The notes beneath the pieces are model-generated. The model saw nothing but the letters and a program-made list of their open reading frames with translations, ran no database searches and was not told where the DNA came from. From Candidatus Gastranaerophilales bacterium (lineage in GTDB: Bacteria; Cyanobacteriota; Vampirovibrionia; Gastranaerophilales; Gastranaerophilaceae): a stretch of 64,000 nucleotides of DNA. Where the stretch lies: assembly GCA_016282705.1 (NCBI GenBank), contig JAEELO010000121.1, positions 4,189 to 68,188 of the forward strand. Direction: 5' to 3'. A program made the position numbers and the translations under genes. Of this stretch, positions 1-9,105 are shown piece by piece (within the stretch, counting starts at the first letter, position 1; each line of letters begins with the position of its first letter).

Positions 1-1
1 T

Positions 2-856
2 AAAACCGTGCCTACAGGAAAATATTTTCCGGGAGTAGAAATGCACGCAACATTTTTCAACAACATACTGGATAATAATTTAATTAAAAAAGCATCTCTG
101 CCAATTAATATTTTAATTTCATTAGTATTATCAGCATTCGCAGTATTTACTGTTTTTAGAATGCGTTCAGTTATGGAATCAGTAATAACCTTTGTATTAT
201 CAATCGGTATATTTTTATATTTTTCGACATTTATAATGTCCAAATTCAATTTGTGGGTATGGGTAGCAGTGCCAATATTAATGGCGACATTTATGTTTGT
301 CTGCTCATTTTTAATAAAATATCTTATAAAATCCAGAGATTTTGAATATACATATAAACTTGCAACTACAGACGGACTTACAGAGTTATACAATCACAGA
401 TACTTCCAAGAACTATTGAATAATAAACTTGAAACAGCACAGAAAAACAATGAAATATTTTCTCTGATAATGATAGACATTGACTTCTTCAAAAAATTCA
501 ATGATAAATACGGACATCAAGCAGGAGATGCTGTATTAAAGCACGTTGCAAGAACTTTAAAAGCAAATGTACGTTCGGATGATTATGTATGCAGATACGG
601 CGGAGAAGAAATGACAATAATAATAAATGCAGATAAAAATAATGCCGTAGTTGCCGCAAATAAATTATGTAAGACTATTTCATCACATAATTTTGAATTA
701 TCTCCGGATTTAGCAGTAAATATAACTATAAGTTTAGGAGTATCAACATTTCCTGAAAACGGCACAACAGCACAAGAACTAATTGAATATGCTGATAAAT
801 GTTTATATAAAGCGAAAGAAACCGGTCGTAATAAGGTCGGAAATTCAGATGTATAA
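2..856 (+). CDS. Membrane-bound diguanylate cyclase (GGDEF domain), 5' end cut by the window edge
   Basis: The frame is open from position 2, so the gene probably starts upstream of the window. Hydrophobic segments (LISLVLSAFAVFTVF, ITFVLSIGIFLYFSTFI, VWVAVPILMATFMFVCSFLI) are followed by GGDEF-domain signatures GLTELYNHRYF and DIDFFKKFNDKYGH, I-site RSDD and active-site variant RYGGEEM. The PGVEMHA segment before the TMs resembles the end of a CHASE2 sensor domain. Confidence 0.85.
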   Translation, partial: KTVPTGKYFPGVEMHATFFNNILDNNLIKKASLPINILISLVLSAFAVFTVFRMRSVMESVITFVLSIGIFLYFSTFIMSKFNLWVWVAVPILMATFMFVCSFLIKYLIKSRDFEYTYKLATTDGLTELYNHRYFQELLNNKLETAQKNNEIFSLIMIDIDFFKKFNDKYGHQAGDAVLKHVARTLKANVRSDDYVCRYGGEEMTIIINADKNNAVVAANKLCKTISSHNFELSPDLAVNITISLGVSTFPENGTTAQELIEYADKCLYKAKETGRNKVGNSDV

Positions 857-909
857 TAAATAAGAGCTATGTAAAGTTTTAATAAATTTATAGCATTTTA
901 TAGCACATA

Positions 910-3369
910 TTGTGCTTCAATATACTTATATATTTGTGTTTAATTATATTTGGGGTATGTCTCGTGAAAATAAATAAAATTAATGGTCTAAATAATATTT
1001 CATCAACAAAAACAAATACAACAGAAAAAACAAATAAACAATCAAAACAAAAAGAAATAAACGAATTATCAAATATATATTATAAACCGATATCATTCGG
1101 AAGAACAGTTGCCGAACATAAAAGCTGGGGGGCGCAAGTAAATCCGAAAACGAAAGAAGTTACATTTAAAATATTAACATATCCTGACACAAAAAAAGTA
1201 GAAGTAACAGTAGAAAAAAAGAATAACCCCAAGATAACACACACATATACACTTGCTAATAGAGGCTCTGGGATTTTTGAAACAAAAGCACCCATATCTC
1301 CTGAAGAAGTCGCAAACGGCGACAAATATTATTATACAATTTATAAAGGGAACGGAGATGTCGATAAAGTAAAAGACCCCTACTCATTCAGGCAGGAACA
1401 ATTACTTGGCAAATCCACAATTTATGACCATTCACTATATAAATGGAACGATGAAAATTGGTACAAAAATAACAAAAACAGAATATCAAGAAAAGCTAAT
1501 AACGAAAACGGGCTTCAACCTTTAAGAGCAGCAAGAATATATGAATTTAATACTGCTTCATTAACACAAAAAGGAACATTTGAAGCAGCAAAAGGGGTAA
1601 TAAAAAACTTAAAAGATATAGGCTTTAATGCAATAGAAATAATGCCTGCAGAGAACACATATTCATTCAACTGGGGGTATGACGGAGTAGATAAGATGGC
1701 TCCATCAGAGCACTTAGGAGGACCGGATCAGTTAAAAGAATTGGTAAATTATGCACATGAACACGGTTTAAATGTAATAATGGATATGGTGCCGAATCAT
1801 TTAGGACCTGATGGCGCTTCATTATTAAAGACAGGACCATATATAAAAGGAAATAATTGTTTCGGAGAATCATTTAATTTTGAAGGTGAAAATTCAAGAT
1901 ATGTTCGTGACTACATGGTAAATGCAGCATTAAATTGGATAGAAAACTATCACTGCGACGGACTTAGACTTGATATGACAAAATTTATGGAATCAGATTC
2001 AACAATGAAACAAATTGCAGCAGAAATCAATTATCATAGACCTGATGCATTTTTAATTGCAGAAGATTCAAGAAGCCATATAAGTGCAAATTCTGACGGT
2101 ATATACTGGGATAATCCTGATGAACCTCATGATAAAAGAGTTATAAATCCGTTAAAAGTATTTGAATCGGGCGAAGGAGAAACCGAATACCAGCATACAA
2201 TAGCAATAGAAGATATATCAAATAACCGCAGTTCTCTCGGAAGACTGGGATTTGATAGTGAATGGGATTTTAATTACTTTCATACATTAAAAGATGCCGT
2301 ATACGGCGTTATTAACATGGATGAATATGAAAAAGCTTGTTATTGTTCACAAGACAGAGTTAAATATGTTATGAGCCATGATGAAATAGGGAATTTTGAA
2401 GGTTCAAGGCTAATTCCCAAACTAATGGTTCCAATGCTTCACTTAAATGATAACATTACACTGAATTCCGAAGACATAAAACGAGCACAAGCATACAAGG
2501 AATTAAAAGGGGTAAGCTATGAAGAAGCTATCAGAATAATCAGTGTACAAAAAGCTCAATTCGCAGCTGAAAAACTCGCGATTATGCTTCAAAAAGGTAT
2601 GCTTGACAAATATGATACAACAGAATTGACTTCATATGCTTGGAAAAAAGAAGCAAACAATGCATTTAAAAGAGATGTTCTTTTGCCGCTCGGAATAAAA
2701 TTAACGTCAGGCATAAATTATGCAGCAGTTAAAACAATGTATAAAAGAAGTTTTAATAAGAATAAAATGGTTATGGCAAGAACATTTGCCACCCCCGGTC
2801 CTAAAATGGTATTTCAAGGCGATGAAAGAGCAGATTTAACGCCGTTCAGATTCTTTAGAGAATTCGACTCTGTCAAGAAAGAAGATAACTTATATATAGA
2901 AAAAGGCTATGCTCCGGGGAAATCTGCACTTAAAGAATCTACTATGGGAAATATAGATTACTCAAAAGAAGGCAGAACAAATATTCTAAGATTTAAAAAT
3001 CTGGTAAAAGACTTAAATAAAATAAATGATGAAAATCCCGCATTAATAAAAGGACATTTAATTCCGGAAAATACGGTAAAACATCAAGCTTCACAGGTCT
3101 TTGCCAATCACGCGGTTGATAACGAATCAGCAAATGAAATTTATACAATAACTAATTTCGCATCTATAAGTTATCCAAGCAGTACAGCTGCACAATATTA
3201 CATAAAATTCCCCAAAGGCAAATGGGTTGAAATATTAAATACTGCAGATAAAAGATACGGCGGTAACGGAGCATACAATAACAACTCAATTATTGAGTCG
3301 GACGGTGTTAATAATGTTCCGGTTAATCTATCAAGCGAATCAACTCTTATATTCAAGAAGGTAGAATAA
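910..3369 (+). CDS. GH13 alpha-glucan-active enzyme (branching-enzyme/TreZ-like alpha-amylase family protein)
   Basis: GH13 conserved regions are present: VIMDMVPNH (I), DGLRLDMTKF (II), FLIAEDS (III), YVMSHDEIGN (IV). Upstream is an E-set-like segment, WGAQVNPKTKEVTFKILTYP. The listed start at 910 is TTG. An in-frame GTG at 964, with GGGG 8 nt upstream, would give MKINKINGL... There is no classical signal peptide from that start. Confidence 0.85.
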   Translation: MCFNILIYLCLIIFGVCLVKINKINGLNNISSTKTNTTEKTNKQSKQKEINELSNIYYKPISFGRTVAEHKSWGAQVNPKTKEVTFKILTYPDTKKVEVTVEKKNNPKITHTYTLANRGSGIFETKAPISPEEVANGDKYYYTIYKGNGDVDKVKDPYSFRQEQLLGKSTIYDHSLYKWNDENWYKNNKNRISRKANNENGLQPLRAARIYEFNTASLTQKGTFEAAKGVIKNLKDIGFNAIEIMPAENTYSFNWGYDGVDKMAPSEHLGGPDQLKELVNYAHEHGLNVIMDMVPNHLGPDGASLLKTGPYIKGNNCFGESFNFEGENSRYVRDYMVNAALNWIENYHCDGLRLDMTKFMESDSTMKQIAAEINYHRPDAFLIAEDSRSHISANSDGIYWDNPDEPHDKRVINPLKVFESGEGETEYQHTIAIEDISNNRSSLGRLGFDSEWDFNYFHTLKDAVYGVINMDEYEKACYCSQDRVKYVMSHDEIGNFEGSRLIPKLMVPMLHLNDNITLNSEDIKRAQAYKELKGVSYEEAIRIISVQKAQFAAEKLAIMLQKGMLDKYDTTELTSYAWKKEANNAFKRDVLLPLGIKLTSGINYAAVKTMYKRSFNKNKMVMARTFATPGPKMVFQGDERADLTPFRFFREFDSVKKEDNLYIEKGYAPGKSALKESTMGNIDYSKEGRTNILRFKNLVKDLNKINDENPALIKGHLIPENTVKHQASQVFANHAVDNESANEIYTITNFASISYPSSTAAQYYIKFPKGKWVEILNTADKRYGGNGAYNNNSIIESDGVNNVPVNLSSESTLIFKKVE

Positions 3370-3401
3370 TTTAAAAATAAAAAGCATTTGGATACAAAAC
3401 T

Positions 3402-3431
3402 AATTAATACGGAATTAATTCCGTATTAATT
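3402..3431. terminator. Perfect 30-bp palindrome, probable bidirectional terminator between convergent genes
   Basis: aattaatacggaatt/aattccgtattaatt is perfectly self-complementary and flanked by A/T runs. It lies between the stop of the GH13 gene (3369) and the stop of the minus-strand symporter (3433). Confidence 0.6.
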
Positions 3432-3432
3432 T

Positions 3433-4785
3433 TTATTTATTTTCGTTTTCATCTTTTATCCCGACAAACGAATGCTCTTCTATATCCAGCTTTGAATATA
3501 TTTCTTTTTTTATAATAGGAAAGAAATCACTTCTTTGAATTTCAAATTGTCTGTTAAATTCTTCCATTTTTGTGTAATTAAACTCATTCTCCCATTTCGC
3601 AACAACAACGGTAGCAACACAATTACCTATCAAATTAACAGTGGTTCTGCCCATATCCAGAATTTGGTCAACACCTAATAATATTGCAACTCCGATTAAA
3701 GGATAACCGAAATTAGAAAGAGTACCGGCAAGAACAACAAGTGCAACTCTCGGAACACCAGCGATGCCTTTACTCGTCAACATGAGTGTTGCCATAACGA
3801 ACAACAATTGAAACGTAGAAAGTTCAATTCCAACAAGCTGAATTGAAAACAACATTGCCAGTGCCAAATATAAAGTTGAACCGTCTAAATTAAATGTATA
3901 TCCGGTAGGCATTACAAAGCCAACAATATTTTTTGGAACACCAAAGCTTTCCATAATTTTCATAGCTTGAGGCAGCGCAGCTTCTGAAGTAGAAGTGGTA
4001 AATGCGAGAATAGCAGGCTCTCTTATAGCTCTTAATAATGAATATACAGATATTCCTACAATACGACAAGCAATATTTAATATAACAAACAGAAAGATAA
4101 ATAAAGCCAAATACAAAGAAGCAATTATTTTGGCATAATTTATCATTATTCCCATACCGCTTTCGGCTATAGTATATGAAATTGCACCAAAGACACCAAT
4201 CGGAGCAAAATTCATAACCAACTGCGTAAACTTAAACATTATTTCAGATAATGATGAAACACAATTTAAAACAGGTTTAGCCTTCTCTCCGACTGTACAT
4301 ATTGCAATTGCAAAAAATACAGAAAAGACAACTATTTGTAGTAAATCACCATTAGCCATAGATTTAATAATGCTGGTAGGCACAATATTAACAAACATAT
4401 CAATTGTTGAATTATGCGAACTTTGAGCAGCCATATTTGAAACTGCATCCATCATATTTTGAGAAACAATAGATGATGAAAATCCTGCACCCGGTTTTGT
4501 AATCAATCCAACACTAAGACCTATAACCAGTGCAAAAGATGTAGCCGCAGCAAAATATATTAATGTTTTTGCCCCTAATTTACCAAGAGAACTTATGTTA
4601 CCATGCGAAGCAATACCTGTAACAATAACAGAAAACAACAAAGGAGCTATAATCATTTTTATCATATTTAAAAATATTTGAGCCAAAGGCTGCATTTTAG
4701 CGCCGATTTCGGGATATTTCCATCCTACTATAACTCCGGCGATTAAACTTAAAAATATATATAAGGTTAACTTTGTTGTTTTCAT
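3433..4785 (-). CDS. Dicarboxylate/amino acid:cation symporter (DAACS, GltP/GltT-like)
   Basis: About 10 hydrophobic segments plus family motifs APLLFSVIVTGIAS, PTGYTFNLDGSTLY, SKGIAGVPRVALVVL and DMGRTTVNLIGNCVATVVVAKWE. Confidence 0.88.
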   Translation of the reverse strand: MKTTKLTLYIFLSLIAGVIVGWKYPEIGAKMQPLAQIFLNMIKMIIAPLLFSVIVTGIASHGNISSLGKLGAKTLIYFAAATSFALVIGLSVGLITKPGAGFSSSIVSQNMMDAVSNMAAQSSHNSTIDMFVNIVPTSIIKSMANGDLLQIVVFSVFFAIAICTVGEKAKPVLNCVSSLSEIMFKFTQLVMNFAPIGVFGAISYTIAESGMGIMINYAKIIASLYLALFIFLFVILNIACRIVGISVYSLLRAIREPAILAFTTSTSEAALPQAMKIMESFGVPKNIVGFVMPTGYTFNLDGSTLYLALAMLFSIQLVGIELSTFQLLFVMATLMLTSKGIAGVPRVALVVLAGTLSNFGYPLIGVAILLGVDQILDMGRTTVNLIGNCVATVVVAKWENEFNYTKMEEFNRQFEIQRSDFFPIIKKEIYSKLDIEEHSFVGIKDENENK

Positions 4786-4896
4786 TGAATAATTATTCCC
4801 GTTACAATTATAGCAAAAAAATATCCTTAAACTAATTTTTTGCCTTATTAATTAAATAGGGTTACAAATTGATACAAAAGTTATTATTTAAAATAT

Positions 4897-6051
4897 TTAA
4901 AAAGCAATGTTATTATAGATTATTTCGGATGCTTTAACAATAAATTCTTTACCTTGAAGATTATTATATGGACGCATTGCCATAATTACTACAATATATT
5001 TTTTCCCGTCTGCTGTTTTAACAATACCTGCATCACCGAGCATATAACCAATATCTCCTGTTTTATGAAGCAGGATTGCATTTTCAGGCAAACCAGCCTG
5101 TAATAAACGATTATTCTTAACATGACCCAAATAATCAGCAATGTGTCTTTTTGATTCAGTCGAAACAAAAGATGTTGAATCTATATTATAAAACATTTTT
5201 GCCATTTCTCTTGCAGTTGTTACGTTTGTACCGTCTAAATCCGGAAGCCAAGTATTAATTCTTGTAGTTTTTAATCCCCATCTTTTCATAGCTTTGTTCA
5301 TTTCGGGCATACCACCCATTTTAGAAATAATCATATTAGTGGAAGAATTATCGGAATTTTCAATCATAATTCTTGCAAGATAATCAAGAGTATGAGCAAC
5401 TCCACCCTCGGAATACTGTAGTTTACCGGATCCCGGAGCTCTGTAATAATCTTCAAGCACCATAGTATCATCTAATGAGAATTTACCATGTTCAATATTC
5501 CTAAACATTTCTATTAAAACAGGTACTTTTATTGTACTTGCAGCAGGATAAGTAACATCTGCATTAATATTTACATAACTTTTACCTGAATATTCCCATA
5601 CATAAACTGCAGGCGTTATTTTAGGATATTCATTTGCTAATTCAAGAAGCTTGTTTTTAAGATGTTTACGCTCATAACTTTCAGATATATCAATCATTAA
5701 GAAGTTATTATATACAGGATTTTCAACGGTATACTTACCTAAAAATAAATCTTTATAAAGATAATGATGTGTAGGATAAAGCAAGCCTGCATAATCAACA
5801 TTTAAAGGAGCTTTAACCTTGAATGTAAACATATTTTCCGTATAACATTTTAAAGAATAAGGAAATACACAAAATAATAAAAAAGCAAAAAACAGCACAG
5901 AACAAACTTTAGCCAAAAAAGATTTTTTCTTTCTTTTAACTTTTTTTATCGGTTTTACACGTTTTACGGGAGTATTTTTAAAATAATACTGCTCATACAT
6001 AGATGTATAAAAATCCGCATTTGGTCTATAGCTGTACTTCGGCTCAGGCAA
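4897..6051 (-). CDS. Membrane-anchored class A beta-lactamase-like serine hydrolase
   Basis: N-terminal basic stretch plus a TM (VCSVLFFAFLLFCVF). The three class A motifs are in the correct order: STIK (SxxK), SDN (ENSDNSSTN) and KTG (HKTGDIG). Confidence 0.75.
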   Translation of the reverse strand: MPEPKYSYRPNADFYTSMYEQYYFKNTPVKRVKPIKKVKRKKKSFLAKVCSVLFFAFLLFCVFPYSLKCYTENMFTFKVKAPLNVDYAGLLYPTHHYLYKDLFLGKYTVENPVYNNFLMIDISESYERKHLKNKLLELANEYPKITPAVYVWEYSGKSYVNINADVTYPAASTIKVPVLIEMFRNIEHGKFSLDDTMVLEDYYRAPGSGKLQYSEGGVAHTLDYLARIMIENSDNSSTNMIISKMGGMPEMNKAMKRWGLKTTRINTWLPDLDGTNVTTAREMAKMFYNIDSTSFVSTESKRHIADYLGHVKNNRLLQAGLPENAILLHKTGDIGYMLGDAGIVKTADGKKYIVVIMAMRPYNNLQGKEFIVKASEIIYNNIAF

Positions 6052-6232
6052 TTTTATTATACGCTCCCTTCTAAAACATTATATTATATAAACATTTATG
6101 CCTGCAATTATGTTAAAATATGCAACAAATAATTGTATAAATAAAATATAATTTGAAAACATAAATATGTTAACAGACTTTTAAAATTAAAATAAATTTG
6201 GTAGAATAAAAACAAACAGAAAGGGTTAGTTA

Positions 6233-7111
6233 ATGAATAATTTAATAATTTTTTCAGAAGGAAACAATCCATTATTGGAAGATTTATGCAAAAAGATTAC
6301 AGAATTTGAAGTAACGGTAAAAAGTGCCGATGAATTAAAAGATTTAACATCAGAAGATGCAACAGTCGCCGTAATAGACATATCAGAACAAAAACTCAAA
6401 GAAATATCAATGATTATGAAGTTTCCGATTCCTGTTTTAGTTGTTGCAAATGAAGCACCGGAAAATATAACTATAAGAGGTGAAGCTTTTGATTACATTA
6501 TTAATCCCATAAATGAATATGAGCTTTCTGTTCGTTTGAAGAATCTAATAAAAATTAAAGAACTTAATCAAAAAATCAATAATATTTCAACAACAGATGA
6601 ACTAACCGGATTACATAACCGTAAATTCCTTCTTGAAAGACTGGAATCAGAAATGTCCAGAGCAAGAAGATATCATTCGTCAGTATCATGTATATTATTT
6701 GATCTGGATTTCTTCAAGGTTATTAATGATATGTACGGATATGAATGGGGTGATGTTTTACTTAAGAAAATTGCTGAGATGTTATCAAGCTTGGCAAGAA
6801 AAGAAGACGTTGTAACAAGATACGGTGATGAAGAATTTATGGTTATTCTTCCTGATACAAGCGAAGAAAACGCATTTATATTTGCCGAAAGATTCAGAAG
6901 AGATGTTGAAAAAATGTCATTTATACCGGCAGGTGAAGAAGAAAGACATCCTGTTAAAATTTCAGGAGGAATTTCATCATATCCATATATGAATAATGTG
7001 GAAGAAACTGCAAATACTATTATAAGATATGCCGAACACGCATTATATAATGCAAAAAAACGCGGCAAGAACAAAGTAGTATTATTCTCACAGGTGAACT
7101 TGGATTACTAA
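6233..7111 (+). CDS. Receiver-like domain fused to a GGDEF domain (variant GDEEF motif)
   Basis: The N-terminal ~110 aa have a CheY-like layout (VAVIDIS acceptor-Asp position, LVVANE), but the N-terminal acidic pair is replaced (IIFSEGN). The C-terminal GGDEF domain shows DELTGLHNRKF, DLDFFKVINDMYGY, I-site RKED and RYGDEEF in place of GG[DE]EF. Confidence 0.8.
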   Translation: MNNLIIFSEGNNPLLEDLCKKITEFEVTVKSADELKDLTSEDATVAVIDISEQKLKEISMIMKFPIPVLVVANEAPENITIRGEAFDYIINPINEYELSVRLKNLIKIKELNQKINNISTTDELTGLHNRKFLLERLESEMSRARRYHSSVSCILFDLDFFKVINDMYGYEWGDVLLKKIAEMLSSLARKEDVVTRYGDEEFMVILPDTSEENAFIFAERFRRDVEKMSFIPAGEEERHPVKISGGISSYPYMNNVEETANTIIRYAEHALYNAKKRGKNKVVLFSQVNLDY

Positions 7112-7112
7112 A

Positions 7113-8087
7113 ATGGTGATGTCCAGAGATAAAAAACCGATATCTTTTTCGTTTAATAACACCGAGCGATGCCAGTCAAGATGTATAACCTGTAATGGGT
7201 GGAAAACTCCTGCAAGCATGCAGGAAAAAGAATTAACTCTTGAAGAATGGAAAAAAATATTATTTAATCTCCATTCTTGGATGGGCAATTATCAGTTCAT
7301 AATTTCCGGCGGAGAACCGTTTCTTCGCGAAGATATATTTGAGATGGCACAATATGCATCAGATTTAGGCGATACGGTAAACGTCGTCACTAACGGACTT
7401 GCTTTGCCTGATAAACTTGATAAAGTACTTCATTCTGCATTTACAAACATAACATTTTCTTTAAATTCCGTGCAAAATCCAACAATACACAATACCTCCA
7501 GAGGAAGAGAAGATGCATTTAAAAGAACAATGGATGCACTGCAAAATTTAAATTACATGAATAAAACACGAAGCGGACATAAATGGAAAAATTTATTTCT
7601 ATCGACGGTAGTTATGCCTTCAAATTTATCTGAAATAAGACCGATTGCTGAGTTTTGCAGAACTGAAGGAATTGGTGTCAGCTATCAATTAATGGATAAC
7701 GGGGATGCTTTTTCAACAGGAGTTGATACAGAAAGACAAATTTATGAAGTAGATATTAAGAAAGCTGCATTATCTGCCATAGATGAAATGATAAAATTAA
7801 AACAGGAGGGATATCCTATCTGCAACGGTTTTAACCAATTGAGAGCTTTTAAAGTATTAATTGACACACCGGATGAAATACAGAATATTCAATGTATGGT
7901 AGGTGAGAATAATTTTGCTATAGATCCGTACGGAAATTGCAGAATATGTTTTTGTATGAGACCGATTGGAAATTTAAAAGACAGTCTGCCGCAAGATTTA
8001 TGGTATAGTAAAGAAGCTGATGAAGTCAGAGAAGAAATATTAAAATGCACAATGAATTGCAGATTATTAAATTGTAATTTTAAGTAG
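7113..8087 (+). CDS. Radical SAM enzyme with C-terminal SPASM/twitch-like Cys cluster domain
   Basis: CQSRCITC (CxxxCxxC) lies near the N terminus and ISGGEPFL is the SAM-binding motif. The C-terminal Cys-rich segment is CMVGENNFAIDPYGNCRICFC...CTMNCRLLNC. The start is 1 nt after the stop of the upstream GGDEF gene. Confidence 0.8.
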   Translation: MVMSRDKKPISFSFNNTERCQSRCITCNGWKTPASMQEKELTLEEWKKILFNLHSWMGNYQFIISGGEPFLREDIFEMAQYASDLGDTVNVVTNGLALPDKLDKVLHSAFTNITFSLNSVQNPTIHNTSRGREDAFKRTMDALQNLNYMNKTRSGHKWKNLFLSTVVMPSNLSEIRPIAEFCRTEGIGVSYQLMDNGDAFSTGVDTERQIYEVDIKKAALSAIDEMIKLKQEGYPICNGFNQLRAFKVLIDTPDEIQNIQCMVGENNFAIDPYGNCRICFCMRPIGNLKDSLPQDLWYSKEADEVREEILKCTMNCRLLNCNFK

Positions 8088-8094
8088 GGATTAA

Positions 8095-9105
8095 ATGTCA
8101 GAAGTAAAATATGAAAAATATGTAAGCTGTAAGTGGCTTGAATCGGGAGTATGTTTTGATAACGGAGTATATGGCTCTAATATAAAATTATGTTGTTATA
8201 TGAGTGCCCCCGGCGGCGGAAACACTATGATAATAGAAGACTACCATGGTGAAAAAATTGATTGGAATGACTTTTTCAGAATTAAACAAGAATACAGAGA
8301 TATACAAAAAAGCGGTAAAACAGTTCCGGGATGCAGAGGTTGTGTATTTCTACATGAAAGAGAATGGCCACAAGAAAATTACATAGACAATATTCTTATT
8401 GATCATTTTACAAGATGCAATTGTTCATGTACATATTGCTATACACAAGAAGATAAGAAGAGATATAACTCACTAAAGACATATAATCTCTATCCTATTA
8501 TAAAAGATATGTTTGATAAAAAGATAATACGAAAAGGCGGTGCCGTTGGATTTGGCGGAGGAGAGCCCACTATTTTACCGGAGTTTGATAAAATTATTGA
8601 GCTATTCTTGAAAAACGGATTTGATAATATGCGAGTTCCCTCATCAGGAATAAAATATTCTAAAATGATAGAAAAAGGTATATCAACAGGACAATTATCG
8701 GTTGTAATATCAATAGACAGTTCTTCAAGAAAAACCTATAAACAAATAAAACAAATAGATGCTTTTGAAAAAGTGGCAAATAATATGAAGAAATATGCAA
8801 AAGCAAAAAGAGATACACATTATGGTGTTATAAGTAAATATATTATAATTCCGACTGTTAATGACAATGAAGAAGAATTGGATAACTGGTTGAAATTTAA
8901 TAAAGAAAACAATATAGAAGTTATAGTTATAGATATAGAAAACAGCTGGCTAAATACATATAGAGATTCTGAACCAGACCAGAGAATTGTAAAGTTACTG
9001 CATTATGTAGTAAAAAAGGCAAAAGAAATGAATTTCTTCAAGCTTGAAATTTGTGACAGAGCTAGATATCTGGTACCCGAATATGAAAGCGATGAAGACG
9101 ATTAG
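8095..9105 (+). CDS. Radical SAM enzyme, paralog of the 39372-42363 trio (N-terminal four-Cys module)
   Basis: The CNCSCTYC rSAM motif sits about 105 aa in, with FGGGEPT and IIPTVND. The N-terminal module is SCKWLESGVCFD...KLCC...GGG...DWNDFF...CRGC. The protein aligns by eye along its full length with ORFs 39372, 40367 and 41368. Confidence 0.82.
   Translation: MSEVKYEKYVSCKWLESGVCFDNGVYGSNIKLCCYMSAPGGGNTMIIEDYHGEKIDWNDFFRIKQEYRDIQKSGKTVPGCRGCVFLHEREWPQENYIDNILIDHFTRCNCSCTYCYTQEDKKRYNSLKTYNLYPIIKDMFDKKIIRKGGAVGFGGGEPTILPEFDKIIELFLKNGFDNMRVPSSGIKYSKMIEKGISTGQLSVVISIDSSSRKTYKQIKQIDAFEKVANNMKKYAKAKRDTHYGVISKYIIIPTVNDNEEELDNWLKFNKENNIEVIVIDIENSWLNTYRDSEPDQRIVKLLHYVVKKAKEMNFFKLEICDRARYLVPEYESDEDD

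Noticed and set aside
6673-7074. Long antisense ORFs lying inside confident genes. Examples: 6673-7074, 11058-11444, 15110-15487, 29580-30038, 37307-37720, 46271-46624, 48652-48981 and 59812-60021.
   Set aside because: Each is fully embedded opposite a gene with strong family motifs. Their products are low-complexity or hydrophobic shadows typical of AT-rich, codon-biased DNA, and none has a convincing SD.
7113-7170. KPISFSF near the N terminus of the rSAM/SPASM protein as another instance of the N-terminal SFG-type motif.
   Set aside because: This segment is the usual beta-strand preceding the CxxxCxxC motif in rSAM enzymes, and the protein does not start with the M-[KR]-I-[NS]-[KS]-I heptad. 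The similarity is coincidental.
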